64,000 bases of DNA from assembly GCA_017499595.2 (NCBI GenBank), contig CM039000.1, positions 3,596,001 to 3,660,000 on the forward strand, given 5' to 3'. The position numbers and the translations under genes were made by a program. The notes under the pieces were generated by a model, which had not been told where the DNA came from, did no database searches, and saw only the letters and a program-made list of their open reading frames with translations. Positions within the stretch are counted from its first letter, which is position 1. Every line of letters begins with the position of its first letter. This document shows positions 1 through 12,910 of the stretch, one piece after another. This stretch comes from Psilocybe cubensis (Eukaryota).

Positions 1-1709
1 CAGGAGGTTCGAAATGAATCAACGTCCGCAGAACGTTAGAACATCTCCTGTATATCTCCTGCGCAACTAAGCGTTTTCTGGCATGGATGCGTGTGAAACA
101 GCCGCTACGAAATTACTCGAACGGCGGGAACGATCGTGCACTGGAGCTGGTTAGGATAGTTGAATCCAAAAGACCCCAGAATCCAAGATCATAGGTCCTA
201 AAGATATGGTATCTGAAGTATCAGGTATTCGTCCTGGATTTACAGCTGCGGCGCGAAAATACCTTCAGGCTTCGACTAAGGGGGCAGCTTGCATGCAAGG
301 AATTTGTCCCTCAGTCAGAAAGGTGTACCCCAAAGCAATCGACGCACGATGACCGCATTAAGATGAACCTCCGCTAGAAACGAGGATTAACTCGTGCCTG
401 TAGATTTCCAAAATACCGCAAAAAGGGAGGAGATTGCTGTACAGATTCAGGTGCGGCAAAAGAAGGCGGTCAAATATTGACCGGCGGGGCCAGCTTTGAC
501 AGAGAAAAAGGTCGATTTAAGATCTAGGGTATAAAATGTCTGCCTCAGACATTGAAGCATGTTCGGTGCTGACGGTGTTGTGACGACGTGTTGCGACTTC
601 TGACAATGGAGCATGCGCTCCTGCGCTCGGGTAACAAATCGGCTTCTTGGGGATGAGGCACGGTTGGACTAAGTAGCAACATCTTTTGACCCGGTTCGCA
701 TGCAGGGACGTTGGAATTTAAAGCCATAAGTGACTAAAGTGGAGAGAAATATCATACGCGAAGTTCCAGTCATATCTATTGCATGACAATCTGAGTTATG
801 GATGCATTGCAACTCGAATCAGAGACATGGTGGCACATTTCCAGAGAAATCACAGTGAGCAGTGCACGAGTCACAACACGAGCAAAAGATACCGGAAGTA
901 AGAGCATAGAGAAGGACCGAAAGACCGAAGAACAATCAATGTGTGCCATAGTTAATGGAGGATCATGCTGTAATCTGACAACCAGCAAGGTAGGAAATGG
1001 CAACTGCTGAGCATTTTCGTAAGTTGGAAATCGCTTGAAAAAGAGCACTTTGATAGAAGGACCTGACTGAGCTTACTTCCTGATGCATGATGTCAGGAAG
1101 AAAGCGAAATCCCGCCTTCCAAGCTACATGAGACACCATATGAGTTGACACGAGGCTGAATTTTGGCAAATTTGGAAAAAATTTCTCACAATAAGCGGGA
1201 AACGCAGTCAACAAAGAGCGCGATAAAGCAGCGCTGGGTAAAGGGTACTTCGTCGCAAGGCGTACACGAGGCACCTTCTTTTCTGAATGGAATATCCTTT
1301 ATCATTGGGGAGAATAATAATCGAGAGGAGAGATTTCAAAGGAAAGTATACTATATTCGTCAGTTCCAGCTGTTTAATCCGATTAAAAACTAAAACTACT
1401 TACAACTTAATACAAGGAATACGCGGAATGTTTGGCGCACTCCTTGATTATGCATTACCATTGGGGTTAGAACCAAAATGTCAGGCATCAGTAATACACA
1501 AAAATTTGCGGGTTTCACGGCTCGAAAAGAGCGACATTGATACAAAATTGAAGACACAGGCTCAATAGCGACAAAGCTCTAAGAAGAAAAGCGACAGTAG
1601 TAGACCATATATGATTGAGTGTTTCGACATCCATTGGGTCAGAAATCGTGAATGGTCATCATAATTTTGTGAAGTGTTAGCCCAGGGTCCTACACCTCAA
1701 AGTGGTTTG

Positions 1710-1890
1710 TGTTGTAAGTATAATGCGCAGTGGTGGTAAAAGATGTAGATTCACGACGTAGCTACACGGTTGTACCTACAGTAACTACGGAACCTATAGT
1801 AGAATAATCTAGAAAAAATATGATAAGATAAACTACAAGAGGAAGATAACGACTTAGCGACCAAGTCGCTCGCCGACTATCATTCCAACA
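1710..1890 (-). repeat. 3' LTR (181 bp)
   Basis: TGTTG...CAACA; identical to 6163-6343 by direct comparison. Confidence 0.97.
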
Positions 1891-1898
1891 CTCCCCCT
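1891..1898 (-). other. Polypurine tract
   Basis: Minus strand AGGGGGAG directly precedes the 3' LTR and overlaps the pol stop codon. Confidence 0.85.
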
Positions 1899-4800
1899 TA
1901 GTCGGCCAAAACTCCCAACTGCAACGTGAAACCATCGTGTGCAACGCGAGGTAAAGCCTTTGTGAAAACGTCTGCCAAATTGTTTGAAGTGTTGATGTAA
2001 ACCGTGTCGAGCGTCTTCTTCTCCACCAAGTCGCGTAGGAAATGAAATGCAATGTCAATGTGCTTCGTACGGGCATGGAATTCTGGATGATGCGCAATCG
2101 AAATGGCTGCCGTATTGTCGGTAAAGATGGTTGACGTTGATGGAATGTGGAAACCGAGCTCCGTGAAGAGTGAGCGGTGCCATAAGACTTGCTTCGCCGC
2201 ATGCGTTGTGGAAACGTATTCGGCTTCAGCGGTTGAAAGTGCGACCGTATTCTGTTTCTTCGAGCTCCATGCCACAGCGCCGCCTGCTATCGTAACCACG
2301 TATCCGCTAGTTGATTTCCGATCGTAGTTTTCAGCCCAATCGGCGTCGCAATAAACATTGAGATTTACGTCCAAAACTTGCGAATCGCCGCCGTAAGTAA
2401 GTTTGTGATTGCGCGTGCCCTTCAGATAACGAAATATACGTTTGACAGCGGTCCAATGAGTCGATTTCGGCTTGCTGGTGAATTGCGCGAGTTTGTATAC
2501 CGCAAACGCGATGTCTGGACGAGTTCCGAGTGCCAGATACATGAGCGAGCCGATGACCGTTGCATAACTGAATCCTAAACGCGAATTAACCTCCCCCTGA
2601 CCGTCTCCATCCTCCCGAACACCTTCATCCTTATCCAATCGCACGTTCGGGTCCATAGGCGTCGAAACGGGGTTCGCGTCTTGTAAACCAAACTTCTCGA
2701 GGAGTTTGTCGATGTAGTGTGCTTGCGAGAGCGAAATGTAATGGTCCTTTTGCTCGAGCTTGAATCCTAGCATCATCGAGGGCTGACCCATCGATTTAAC
2801 GTCGAATTTCGAGCCTAATTCTCGCTCCAGCTGGTCGTTGAGCGAGTCGTTTGTTGAGAAACTGATTATGTCGTCCACCCAGGTAACCAAAATCGTAAAA
2901 TCGCCGTTTTCAGCTCGACGGATGTAGCAGCAGTAATCGCTCTTGAGTTTCGTAAAACCGAATGAAGTGAGAGCGTTATCGAGTTCATGGTTCCATACGT
3001 TTCCTGCCTGCTTGAGACCGTAAAGCGAACGAATGAGACGGCATGCCTGACCAGTGCCATCGTCATAACCGGGTGGTTGGACCATATATATCTCCTCCGA
3101 GATGTAACCATGCAAATATGCACCCTTTATATCGAATTGACGCATCTTGAGATTGTGTACGGCCGAATATGCGAGTAGCGAGCGTAGCGTGTCGAATCGC
3201 ATGACTGGTGCGAATGTTCCGTCCTCGCTGTAGTCTGTACCAGGTCTCTGAGAGCATCCCTGAACGACTAGTCGGGCCTTGTACTTGATGACGTTCCCGT
3301 TTTCGTCCCGTTTCTTCGCGTAGACCCAACGGCATCCAACCAGTTTCCTTCCATCCGGAATCTTCATCATCTCCCAAGTACCCATCCGTAAAAGCGTCTC
3401 AATTTCTTCGTCCATAGCTGCCTTCCACGCAGCTGCCTCACAGCTTTCCAAAGCTTCTTCAAGTGTCCGAGGTACGTCCAATTCGCGCATGGCAAAGACA
3501 CGTTCCGAATCGTCTAAAATCGCGCCCCACAGCTGTTCTTTGACAATGTTTGCTTGCTCCGTTGCTGTAGACTTTGCGCTCGAGGTCTCGGTCGATTTTG
3601 TAGCGATTTGTGGTGCGTTTAGAGTCGTTTGGGATCGTGTAGTCGGTAAACGAGCATTCGGGTTGTTTGCCTTCTTGTAATCAACAAAATTGTGTTCACG
3701 AGCTGATCGACGTATGCTGGGCTGTGGAATCGATGCTGTAGACGAAATAGGTTCGTTCTTGACGGTTTCTGGCTCGTTTTCGCTGGATTTAACGTCTGTC
3801 GATTCGTTACGCTCCCCCTCAGACGATAATCCAGGAATTTCGACGTTCTGCGGCGTTTCGTTTTCGTTAAACGATACGTTTCGCGATGACTTCACTGTGC
3901 GCGATTTGGGATCGTAATAACGCACAGACTTCGAGCCTTCGTTAAAACCAACGAATACCATCTTCTTCGACCGTGGCTTGAGCTTCGAAAGCCCCTTCGT
4001 CTCGTCTAACACCCATACATCGCATCCGAACTCCCGAAGGTGAGAAACATCCGGTTTCTTGTTGTGCCAGCCTTCATATGGTGTCTTGTCGTCGAGTGCT
4101 CGAGTAGGCGCGCGGTTGCGTAAATAATTCGCGTAATTGACCGCCTCGTCCCAGAGAAAGAGAGGTAAATTCTTCGCAATAATCATCGCACGTGCTAGCT
4201 CCAACAGCGTACGATTGTAGCGCTCTGCGACGCCGTTCTGAGATGGGGAATATGGCGCCGTCGTCTCGATTTCAATGCCTCTCTCCGCCGCCCACTTCTT
4301 AATCCGCTCGTTCACGAGTTCCTTGCCATTGTCCATGCGAATGTACCTCGGATACTGCCCAAACCTCCTCTTCACTCGCTCCCCATGATTCTCAATCGCC
4401 TTCGCCGCCTCCTTCTTGTCCTTCAAGAAAACCACGCCGTTGTATCGCTTCGCGTCGTCCATAAACGTAATGTAGTAATAAAATCCATTTACCGAGCGTG
4501 TTCCGATAGGACCCCATACGTCGCTCATGGTTCGCTCTCCAGGAACCGTGGATCGATTTTCTGCTTCTCCAGGGAAAGGTTTATGCGTCTGCTTCGCTTG
4601 GATGCACGCCTCGCACGATGGGGATGGAATAGACGTTTCGTCCACGGAAAGACCGACGACAAGATCGTTCCGGACGAGTTTCTGCAACGACGACACTGAG
4701 ATATGGCCAAAACGACGATGCCATTGATCCCAGGTGAGTTTTGGCGAGACGTAGTTGACCTGTTCCCCTGAATTAAGCTGAGCGCGAGCGTGAAGAATAT

Positions 4801-6067
4801 ACATCTGACCGCGTTTCGACCCTTTTCCAATAACCTTATCCTTCGCATCCATCAAAAGAACCTTCCCATTCTTAAACGACGAGCTCCTCCCATCCCTCTC
4901 AAACCTTCCGAGCGACATCAAAGCATTTTCGGCTTCAGGGATGTGTAAAACGTCTTTCAAACGATGAGTAATCGTCTGCCCGTCGACATCGAAGTTGAGG
5001 ATGACTGTTCCGCGGCCTGCAATGATAGCTGGACTCTTTCCGACACCACGAACGGAGGAATTAACGAGTGGCGTATACTCGATGAAGGCTTCACGGACGG
5101 GACAAACGTGACTGGTGGTTGCAGAATCGTAAAGCCAGTCGTAACGAGAGAAGTTTGACGTCGAGTACGTGTGGTACGCAACCTCATCGTTGAGCGTAGT
5201 GTTGACGTCCTCCCGAGCCTGATTCGTCCGCCCTCTATTCTTCGTCTTCCGCCCCCTCGGACCCTTTCCTTCACGACCTCCGCCCTTCGCCCAGCAATCC
5301 TTCGAAATGTGCCCCATCTTGTGGCAATTATAGCACTCCTTCCCGCCGCTGCCATCCCTCGAACCATTACCCTTTCCATCCGACGACCCTTGACCTCCAC
5401 GAACTTGAAGCGTAGTCCCTCCGGCACCATCACCTCCACGCTCCTTCCGACGACGAGCTTCTTCAAGGAGAACACCAACGAGCTCTTGCGAAGTGAGCGT
5501 AGGACGATTCCCGCTCGAGCCCAAAAAGGATGACGCATAATTCTCCCAAGATTCCGGCAACGAGGTGAGCAAAATCATGACGAAATCTTCGTCCGATACA
5601 ATGCTGCCCATGATGTGCAGCTCCTCCTGGAATTGACGTAGCTTTGCGATATGCTCTGCCATGTCGCATCCCTCCTCTGCGGTTGCCCGGAAAAGTGCTC
5701 GTCGTGTCGCCAAAACACCGAGTCGTCCCTTGGATTCCTTCACTGTGCACAACTGCGTCCACATCTCGCGCGCCGTGCGCGCTCCCAGGACGTGTACCAT
5801 CTCCGCATCGCTTAACGCGAGTTCGATCCTGCATCGCGCTTTCGCATCTCCCTTATCCCACGCTGTCTGAGCTGCGATTTCTTCCGCCGTGGGTGCGTTC
5901 GGTTTCGCTGATCCTGGTCGAAGCGACGTGCCGTCCACGTATTTCTCCAGTCCGAGGTCCACCAGTACTGCTAGCATGCGCCGCTTCCACGGCATCCAAT
6001 TGTGGGCCTTCAGTGTGTCGATGCGATATCCGCCGATGTTGACTTCCGCGGTTGTCGAGTCAGCCAT
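1898..6067 (-). CDS. Copia Gag-Pol polyprotein, 1389 aa, uninterrupted
   Basis: Zinc knuckle CYNCHKMGHISKDC; protease WLYDSATTSH; integrase HHCC (WHRRFGH..CEAC) and DDE (SDVWGP, MDNGKE, NGVAERYNR); RT (KARLV, SLYGLKQ, WVDD); RNase H (YCDADWA, TAEAEY, TDN, LADVFTK). Confidence 0.97.
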   Translation of the reverse strand: MADSTTAEVNIGGYRIDTLKAHNWMPWKRRMLAVLVDLGLEKYVDGTSLRPGSAKPNAPTAEEIAAQTAWDKGDAKARCRIELALSDAEMVHVLGARTAREMWTQLCTVKESKGRLGVLATRRALFRATAEEGCDMAEHIAKLRQFQEELHIMGSIVSDEDFVMILLTSLPESWENYASSFLGSSGNRPTLTSQELVGVLLEEARRRKERGGDGAGGTTLQVRGGQGSSDGKGNGSRDGSGGKECYNCHKMGHISKDCWAKGGGREGKGPRGRKTKNRGRTNQAREDVNTTLNDEVAYHTYSTSNFSRYDWLYDSATTSHVCPVREAFIEYTPLVNSSVRGVGKSPAIIAGRGTVILNFDVDGQTITHRLKDVLHIPEAENALMSLGRFERDGRSSSFKNGKVLLMDAKDKVIGKGSKRGQMYILHARAQLNSGEQVNYVSPKLTWDQWHRRFGHISVSSLQKLVRNDLVVGLSVDETSIPSPSCEACIQAKQTHKPFPGEAENRSTVPGERTMSDVWGPIGTRSVNGFYYYITFMDDAKRYNGVVFLKDKKEAAKAIENHGERVKRRFGQYPRYIRMDNGKELVNERIKKWAAERGIEIETTAPYSPSQNGVAERYNRTLLELARAMIIAKNLPLFLWDEAVNYANYLRNRAPTRALDDKTPYEGWHNKKPDVSHLREFGCDVWVLDETKGLSKLKPRSKKMVFVGFNEGSKSVRYYDPKSRTVKSSRNVSFNENETPQNVEIPGLSSEGERNESTDVKSSENEPETVKNEPISSTASIPQPSIRRSAREHNFVDYKKANNPNARLPTTRSQTTLNAPQIATKSTETSSAKSTATEQANIVKEQLWGAILDDSERVFAMRELDVPRTLEEALESCEAAAWKAAMDEEIETLLRMGTWEMMKIPDGRKLVGCRWVYAKKRDENGNVIKYKARLVVQGCSQRPGTDYSEDGTFAPVMRFDTLRSLLAYSAVHNLKMRQFDIKGAYLHGYISEEIYMVQPPGYDDGTGQACRLIRSLYGLKQAGNVWNHELDNALTSFGFTKLKSDYCCYIRRAENGDFTILVTWVDDIISFSTNDSLNDQLERELGSKFDVKSMGQPSMMLGFKLEQKDHYISLSQAHYIDKLLEKFGLQDANPVSTPMDPNVRLDKDEGVREDGDGQGEVNSRLGFSYATVIGSLMYLALGTRPDIAFAVYKLAQFTSKPKSTHWTAVKRIFRYLKGTRNHKLTYGGDSQVLDVNLNVYCDADWAENYDRKSTSGYVVTIAGGAVAWSSKKQNTVALSTAEAEYVSTTHAAKQVLWHRSLFTELGFHIPSTSTIFTDNTAAISIAHHPEFHARTKHIDIAFHFLRDLVEKKTLDTVYINTSNNLADVFTKALPRVAHDGFTLQLGVLAD

Positions 6068-6150
6068 TTGACGTCGAGTACAAGTTTAGATATAGATCGA
6101 TAAGAATAGAACGAGTTTAGAACAAAGCGAGCTTTAGTTATGACCTCTCG

Positions 6151-6162
6151 GGGCCCATAACC
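6151..6162 (-). other. Primer binding site (initiator tRNA-Met anticodon-arm type)
   Basis: Minus strand GGTTATGGGCCC immediately follows the 5' LTR and is complementary to GGGCCCAUAACC, the eukaryotic tRNAi-Met anticodon stem-loop. Confidence 0.75.
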
Positions 6163-6343
6163 TGTTGTAAGTATAATGCGCAGTGGTGGTAAAAGATGTA
6201 GATTCACGACGTAGCTACACGGTTGTACCTACAGTAACTACGGAACCTATAGTAGAATAATCTAGAAAAAATATGATAAGATAAACTACAAGAGGAAGAT
6301 AACGACTTAGCGACCAAGTCGCTCGCCGACTATCATTCCAACA
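6163..6343 (-). repeat. 5' LTR (181 bp)
   Basis: Identical to 1710-1890. Confidence 0.97.
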
Positions 6344-7161
6344 GTTTGTCGCACAAGCCTCGAGAAGTAGGCGCCCATATCACGTCCGAACTCCGAATAA
6401 TCCGAATTCATGTAAACACCGAAAGCATGCCAGCACATCAGACAGAACTGACAACGCAAGCAAGAATTTCACCCCATGCACGGAATTTTTTCCCTGACGT
6501 TCCGAGGTGCGCAGTGGATGGAGGCAAGATCTACAACCAGTGTAGCACCCAGCTTATGCGAATCTCGGAGAAGTTCGGTGCGGTGAATACATCAAGGTGA
6601 ATTTCCTTCAAAAGGCACAAATAAACAGAATAAGAGGCGATGCTCTTCATGTGCGAACCAGGGATGAACCGAATGTCGAAGTTCGATACTATTGAAGCAG
6701 TTAAGAATGGCGTAAGACCCAATGCCACTATGTCAAAGCATTGAACCGAATGAAGCAAACTTCCCGAATAATTGATGAATCACTGGCGAGGAGCAAGTAG
6801 ATGTCAGCTAAATGAACATTGCAATAAGAGCAAGAGTACAAGGACGGGGATATGGTTCGAGTAAATACCACAACGGTGTCTTGACAGTGTCTGTTAGATT
6901 GATGTTGATATGCTCGGTTATTATCCCGGTTATCCCCGACCATATGTGTGATTTGCTTATCAAAACACGTGATCTGAACGCGTCGTGTCGAACGCGTTCA
7001 GACCTCCATCCGCCGCTTTGTCTCTTCAGAGACAAGTGCAACCCAAGCTTTGCTCCAAAGTCACAACAGCAAGCAACCTCAGATTCTAGCAATTCTAATC
7101 TAATAACCTGTTGCTTTCTGCATTTTTTATTATAAAATCATGGTTTTTAGTAAATCGCAAG

Positions 7162-8922
7162 TTACGCCGCTGTGCCAGAAATTGTTTCATGATCGCCATA
7201 AATGTATAAATCGCTGCACTCTTCTTCAAAAGGCTTGTAATAAGCATCCCTCAGATTTAGAATAAGTCGGGGACCAGCTATAGACGGCCAAAAAGAGAAA
7301 AAGATGAAGGAGACTTGATTATCAACAATCTTGGATGGAGACAGAGAAGACGGGGATCATTACATTACTAATGGACACTGAACCTGAAAATTGACGCACC
7401 GGTAAATGTGCCAAGGTGAGCATGTAGCTAACAATGACCATCAATGTACTGTTTGTTTCATAAAATGATTTAACGCAGATACTTGGACTTAGACGGATGA
7501 TGTGTCTACTTACACAAAAGGGAATGTTATGCTATCGCGAAACAAAACTTGAGTCAAAGTCGGTTGACCCCATGATAAGCCTGATATATTTCTCCGAGAG
7601 CGATAGTAGCCTATTCCTTTTGATAGCGCCATTGCTAGAAGCATCGATTCAAATAGAATCGGAGGAATGGCGTAAGCAAAAACCCAGTATTGATTTGGAA
7701 GTTTTGTGCAGACGTGAATTCCTTTCACAGGATCCGGTCTGTCTAGTAAAAAGAATATACAAATTAGCGACGTTTGGTGCCCAATAGCAACCGGTGCCCC
7801 AAAATTATACATACATTGGGCTGATTTATCAAGATAAACCTTTATTATTATCGACGATACCGTTTCCAAAATGCAGCCAACGGCCAGGAATCGAATAACT
7901 TTGCGACTATGGTAATACATGCTAGATATGCGACACATCATTATGCCTGTCAAACAAATCAGCGAGTGTTCATTGCATTCAATAAATTGTCGATACCTTG
8001 CATTGCAATGAAAGGAATTAACAAAAGGTATCCCGATATAAAATAAAATGGGTTATTTGAGCCTATTGATTGAATATTTCCATGCTCAGCAATATCATCA
8101 AATCGACCGGCCTCAGTGCTCTTTGCTTACATCTAAGTCAAGCCGCATAGTATGAATAAATATGCTACATGGAGAATTTTGTGAGCCGCGCACCTCTATT
8201 GATATCGTCAAGCAGGAAAGTATTGAATATAGGGAAATTTCAAGTTTTAATAAATTATTACATACCTTTCCGGTAGTGTTGTAGAGAAAATGTCCGGATA
8301 AAGCTGATTCTCGGTAAGACACAAGCTCCTCAACGCAATGAATAAGAGTGCGTACTATAGGCGGAATAACTGGATACTCCGTTGTATGATTATTTTTGAA
8401 GGTAATGGTAATCAGAAGTATAGATAAAACCCTACATTTGAGTTGCATACCCCAAATATCGAGTCTAATCCGCAGTGAAAGAATTTACTGTTAACTCCTA
8501 AACCTTCCTCGAGTCAAGCAGATGACTCACAAGGAAAAATAGCGATTTTACTAAAAACCTTCCAGGACATTTCTGAGATTTGTGTATTCAGAAGTGCGCT
8601 ACAAACTAGTCAAGAGAACAAACATACCCATATCAGCTCTATCTGGTGTATCATATAAGTTTGCGACTTGGTTGGTATCCCGCTGTGATAGTAGTGTGAC
8701 GGACCTCATCGCCCAATGTTGTAACTAAATCGGGTTAAACAATTGACACCGGGGCCATTGAGTCAAAGACAACTTACTGTGCTCGTATAAGAGGCAAGTG
8801 ACCGCCGAGACTGATTATTGCTTGAGTACGAAACGACCAGCTTCGCGGAATTGAATTTACAAACCAGAGGCAAATGCATGGATACGATCCCTCAGTAGCC
8901 ACTTTGCTATCTCATACACCAT
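7162..8922 (-). CDS. Multi-exon polytopic membrane protein, DUF6533-like paralog 1
   Basis: Spliced peptides MVYEIAKWLLRDR.., SAVTCLLYEH, TTLGDE, IELIW, ..RDSITFPF.., GPRLILNLRDAYYKPFEEEC are shared with three other copies in the window. Family name is from recollection. Confidence 0.75.
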
Positions 8923-9816
8923 ATGCTGCTATCTGGATGTCGTGTAGTGTCCTGTTATATGACTGCGCAGCTAACCGGGAAGGCGAGCTCGTCACGTAGG
9001 GTCAAGCAGCAGTCAGTAATGAGTTCGGGGAAACAAGAAGAGGCGAAGTTATTTAACTGCGCCAGACGTATTATATATACTTGCTGAGCTAAAATGCCTG
9101 CATGTCTTGTTAGTGGCTCTTGTACTGTGCACAGAAGCAGAGTTGACAGCTGGAGAAGCATCATCAGACAATGAGCCGACCACCTTTACGTTGTTGTCCT
9201 GTGTACGACAGATAAGCGACACCCAAAATCTGTACAAAACCAGTTTTCGAGAGAGCGCATCATTAATCCGTACCTAATGTAGTTAACGGCGATGTCCCTT
9301 GGTCACTGGTGCCATAGAGTTTAAAGTTTGTGTGAGAGATCAGGCAGAAACAAGCAGACAATGCAAAATCTTGAAGACGCCGTTGATTCCAATTCTAACT
9401 ACGAAATCTATGATGACTCAGTTTAAAACTAATTATAGAGATATATTTGGCTACCTACCAGATATAATTTGATTTCATTGCAAGCAGGTTAGAAGAGCTG
9501 GGAGTGTACATGAAGAGGACATACACGGCTGGCTGGAATCAGCAGCAGTAACTTGGCCCTATTGAAAACTAGAAGATTGGAAGGCCAGGGGCTTTGGGAA
9601 GACAATACAATCGCCCAATACTTCGGGTGTCCCAGACCGAACGCAGTATCTCGCGGCTTCCGTCAGGGACAGTAGAAGACATACAAATGTTTTATAAATA
9701 ACATATTGCTGTTAACAAATAACTGTTTCTGTTCATTTAGCCTTAGTAAGATGAGTTATGTACAACGAGAAAAGTCCTAACTTGACGCACTAAGTAAATA
9801 TTAAAATAAAGAGACT

Positions 9817-11557
9817 CTATTGAAACAATTCAACTGAACGTATATTCCCGAACTGTCCGATATCGTTGTGCACGACGTTGCATTCTTGCTCGAACGGCTG
9901 GTAGTAAGCCTCTCGTAGGTTTAGGATCAGCCTTGGTCCAGCTACACCCGGCCAGAATATAGATATGTCAAGCGTCAGTTGACCGAGAATAAACTGAGAA
10001 GCGTTGAATACCAATAGGACTTTAGAAAAGATGAGCTCACTTCAAAGCGCAGCAAGGCATAAAGATATATAACAAGTATTGTTAATGTGCTTCAGAATTC
10101 AGATAAAAAGGCCATGAGTCCGTTATAATTTGTCATCTTATAATTTGAAGAAACGCACATGAAAGGGAAAGTGATACTGTCTCGAAACAGTATTTTTATC
10201 AATGAACGGTGACCGAAGAAGCTCCACTTTATCTGAGTTTGGGACCTGTAGTAGTGTTGAATCCCTCTAGAAATAGATGTAATTAAAAGCAAAAGCTCAA
10301 AGATGGCAAAGGGAACAACGATGAGATACAGCCATTTCGCCTGCGGAGCTTTCAAACAGATGTGGATGCCAGGCACCGGATCCGGAATAGCTAGATCATA
10401 AATATTACTTGATGTAAGCATTTCTTCCAACCATAATCTTGCCCAAACTCACGGAGGGACATTCGATCAACGGCAATCTTCATCACTACAGCGGCGATAA
10501 CCTGTGCGGAAAAGCTCGCGGAAAGAAGTATTATGACTCTCTGGTTGTGATTCCACATGCTGGATATCCGACAGATCATGATTCCTATAAGCACATGTGT
10601 GTAAGGTGATGTGATATGGAATGAGGGCCTAACAGTATTACCTTGCATGGCAAAAAGCGGCACCATGACGAGGTAGCCCAGAACAAGGTAGACAGGATTA
10701 TCAGGACCTATCTGAGCATTAATTAATGGTAAGGATATGCGAAAGTAGACGTACAACTATTTGGCGCATTCAAGTTGAGTCAGACGTATGCACAGCAAGC
10801 AGAGCAAGTCGCAAACCTCTTTATGATTTGAGAGAGTCGGATAGTCAATCAACGGAGCGGGGAAGGACATTGTGGAAGGACTCTATACATCCGTACTATA
10901 CCTTGTCAGTGTTAAAAAGTAATTGTGCTACAGCAACTTCAATGTAGGCAGTCAATATTTCAGTGTCCGTAAAATGCCTGTAGAACATACCGTAGGCGGA
11001 ATAGCTTTTCTCAAGAGGGTTTTAGCTTTAAAGTATCATAACAGAAAAGGGACGCTTCACATCTGAGAGGCCGGCCCAACATAACGAGTCTGAACAAATG
11101 GGTAGTGAGTATTACTGGTCCGATATCACGACATGGTAACAAGATGGCTGCATACTATTAGAAAGAGAGCTTTGACAAAGTAATGGCCTGGGCGTTTCTG
11201 GGATGGAAATGAGAAAACTAAATTATTATATTACAAGTCAAACGCACCCAGATCAATTCCACCTAACGATAACAATGAGCATTTTCTGAGCTGCGATCGT
11301 CACCTTCACAACACATTCGTGGCACTGACCTCATCGGCAAAAGTTGTTACTAGACGAGGGGTAAATATGTTCATTATGCAGTTTCAAGCGTAGGAGAAAT
11401 AATGGTAACTTACAATGGTCAAATACAAGACAAGTTGCTGTCGCCACTACAGACTCCAGGTTCCGTACATGGTTCAACAAAGAAGCTTGAACCACGTACC
11501 TGTGACATAGGAATGAACCCGGTCTTCTAACAACCATTTCGCCCTATCATCTCCCAT
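9817..11557 (-). CDS. Multi-exon polytopic membrane protein, DUF6533-like paralog 2
   Basis: MGDDRAKWLLEDR.., VATATCLVFDH, IMICRISSMW, RDSITFPF, GPRLILNLREAYYQPFEQEC. Confidence 0.75.
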
Positions 11558-12910
11558 ATTCCACAGCGCGATACCGTCAAGACGGGCCCAGAAAAAGACT
11601 GTCAGAGACGTTTACGGTAGGTCGGGATTCGTAGTGATGTATCTGAGGTCAAGAAACAAACCCAAGCTTAGTGCACCTGCTATATAACCGGCTTATAAAC
11701 TGTGGTTGATATTCAGATGTCAAAGCGGAGTGTGTCAGGAGAGGTGGTTACTCACATCTGCAACACAACGTAACATGGAAGTTTGACCCTGACTATGACC
11801 AGCGTCTTCTTAGAATCCGCAAAATATCAGAGTAACGAAACTTTCCCGGTGCGTTGTGCTGTACCTGTAACTGGGTTCCGATGTAAGAAGACCATCACAG
11901 ATCCATAAGAGTAGGATATCTCAAGTACGTTGGTAGAAAGGCCCATAATAACTGGTTTGCAAGCCTTAGGGACGCATGAATTCTAAAAATTCAAAAAAAT
12001 AAAAATAGCATAAAATCAAAATTTTAGAAGATTATAAAAGCATAGGGTTCACTTGCCTGTGAAATAAGAACGCGGAAATGGTGTCTGGCAACTTTTTACC
12101 TCGCAGACGTGGGCTGATTGCGGTCGAACTGTTACAGAACGCGTAACCGGTGAAAAGTTGGGCAGTTTGTCGATCAGTTGCGTATGTTCCTGGCCCTAAT
12201 GCCCCATTGGATATACATAGGTCTGTAACGTTTTACGGCCTTCCCAAACGCCTCAATATCATTCAGAATCGGAGTATTACTCCATTCCATTCATTATCTC
12301 ACTCCGCCACGCTAATGAACCCACGTGAATAAGCCCTGTCGGCTTGCGTTTGTAAAAGGGTAGACATATTCATCAACAATCACTACAAATCTGAATGCGG
12401 TCGATAATGTTCGACATAGAGATCCCACAGTACAATGTCAGACAGAGGTGTGTTGAGGATGTGTGAAAGCCCTGCATTGGAATAGGAAACCTTCGGTATG
12501 CAACCAGGAAGAAACAAGATGTTTAGCAGTAGCCAGTCCATCAACGCGAAATGGAATCGGGCGGAATCAAGGAGGATGGATTTGATAGCATCTCGTGAGG
12601 TATATTCGGGGTGATTGGTTATTCCCCCTACGCGATTGAATATTGCAAGGTCCACCAAGTTGGTCGTAGTAAAGGAGCGACGAGGAAGCCAAATAAGACA
12701 AAAAACGTTTGGCCAAGGAGTGCAATGTATATTCCGCAGTCGAATGAATTATTTGACATGTCCTGAGATTACTTGAAATTCGTAAGAAGAAATGATAAAC
12801 GCAAACCACATAATTTGCTTTCCCCCACTAAGTAAACGCGAGGCGATAAGTGTCGCGAAGAAGGGGTCGCTTGAATCTATTGCTCATGCATAGCCTAGAA
12901 TACATCGCAT

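Larger units (their letters stand above)
1710..6343 (-). mobile_element. Full-length Ty1/copia LTR retrotransposon
   Basis: Two identical 181-bp TG...CA LTRs. 5-bp TSD GTTTG at 1705-1709 and 6344-6348. PBS next to the 5' LTR, polypurine tract AGGGGGAG next to the 3' LTR, and a single gag-pol ORF in copia order (PR-IN-RT-RH). Confidence 0.98.

Noticed and set aside
1-1700. Short ORFs left of the retrotransposon
   Set aside because: No recognisable motifs and no consistent spliced model could be built.
11600-12850. Possible spliced minus-strand transcript and 60-90-aa ORFs
   Set aside because: Splice-like signals are present, but no convincing reading frame or family.
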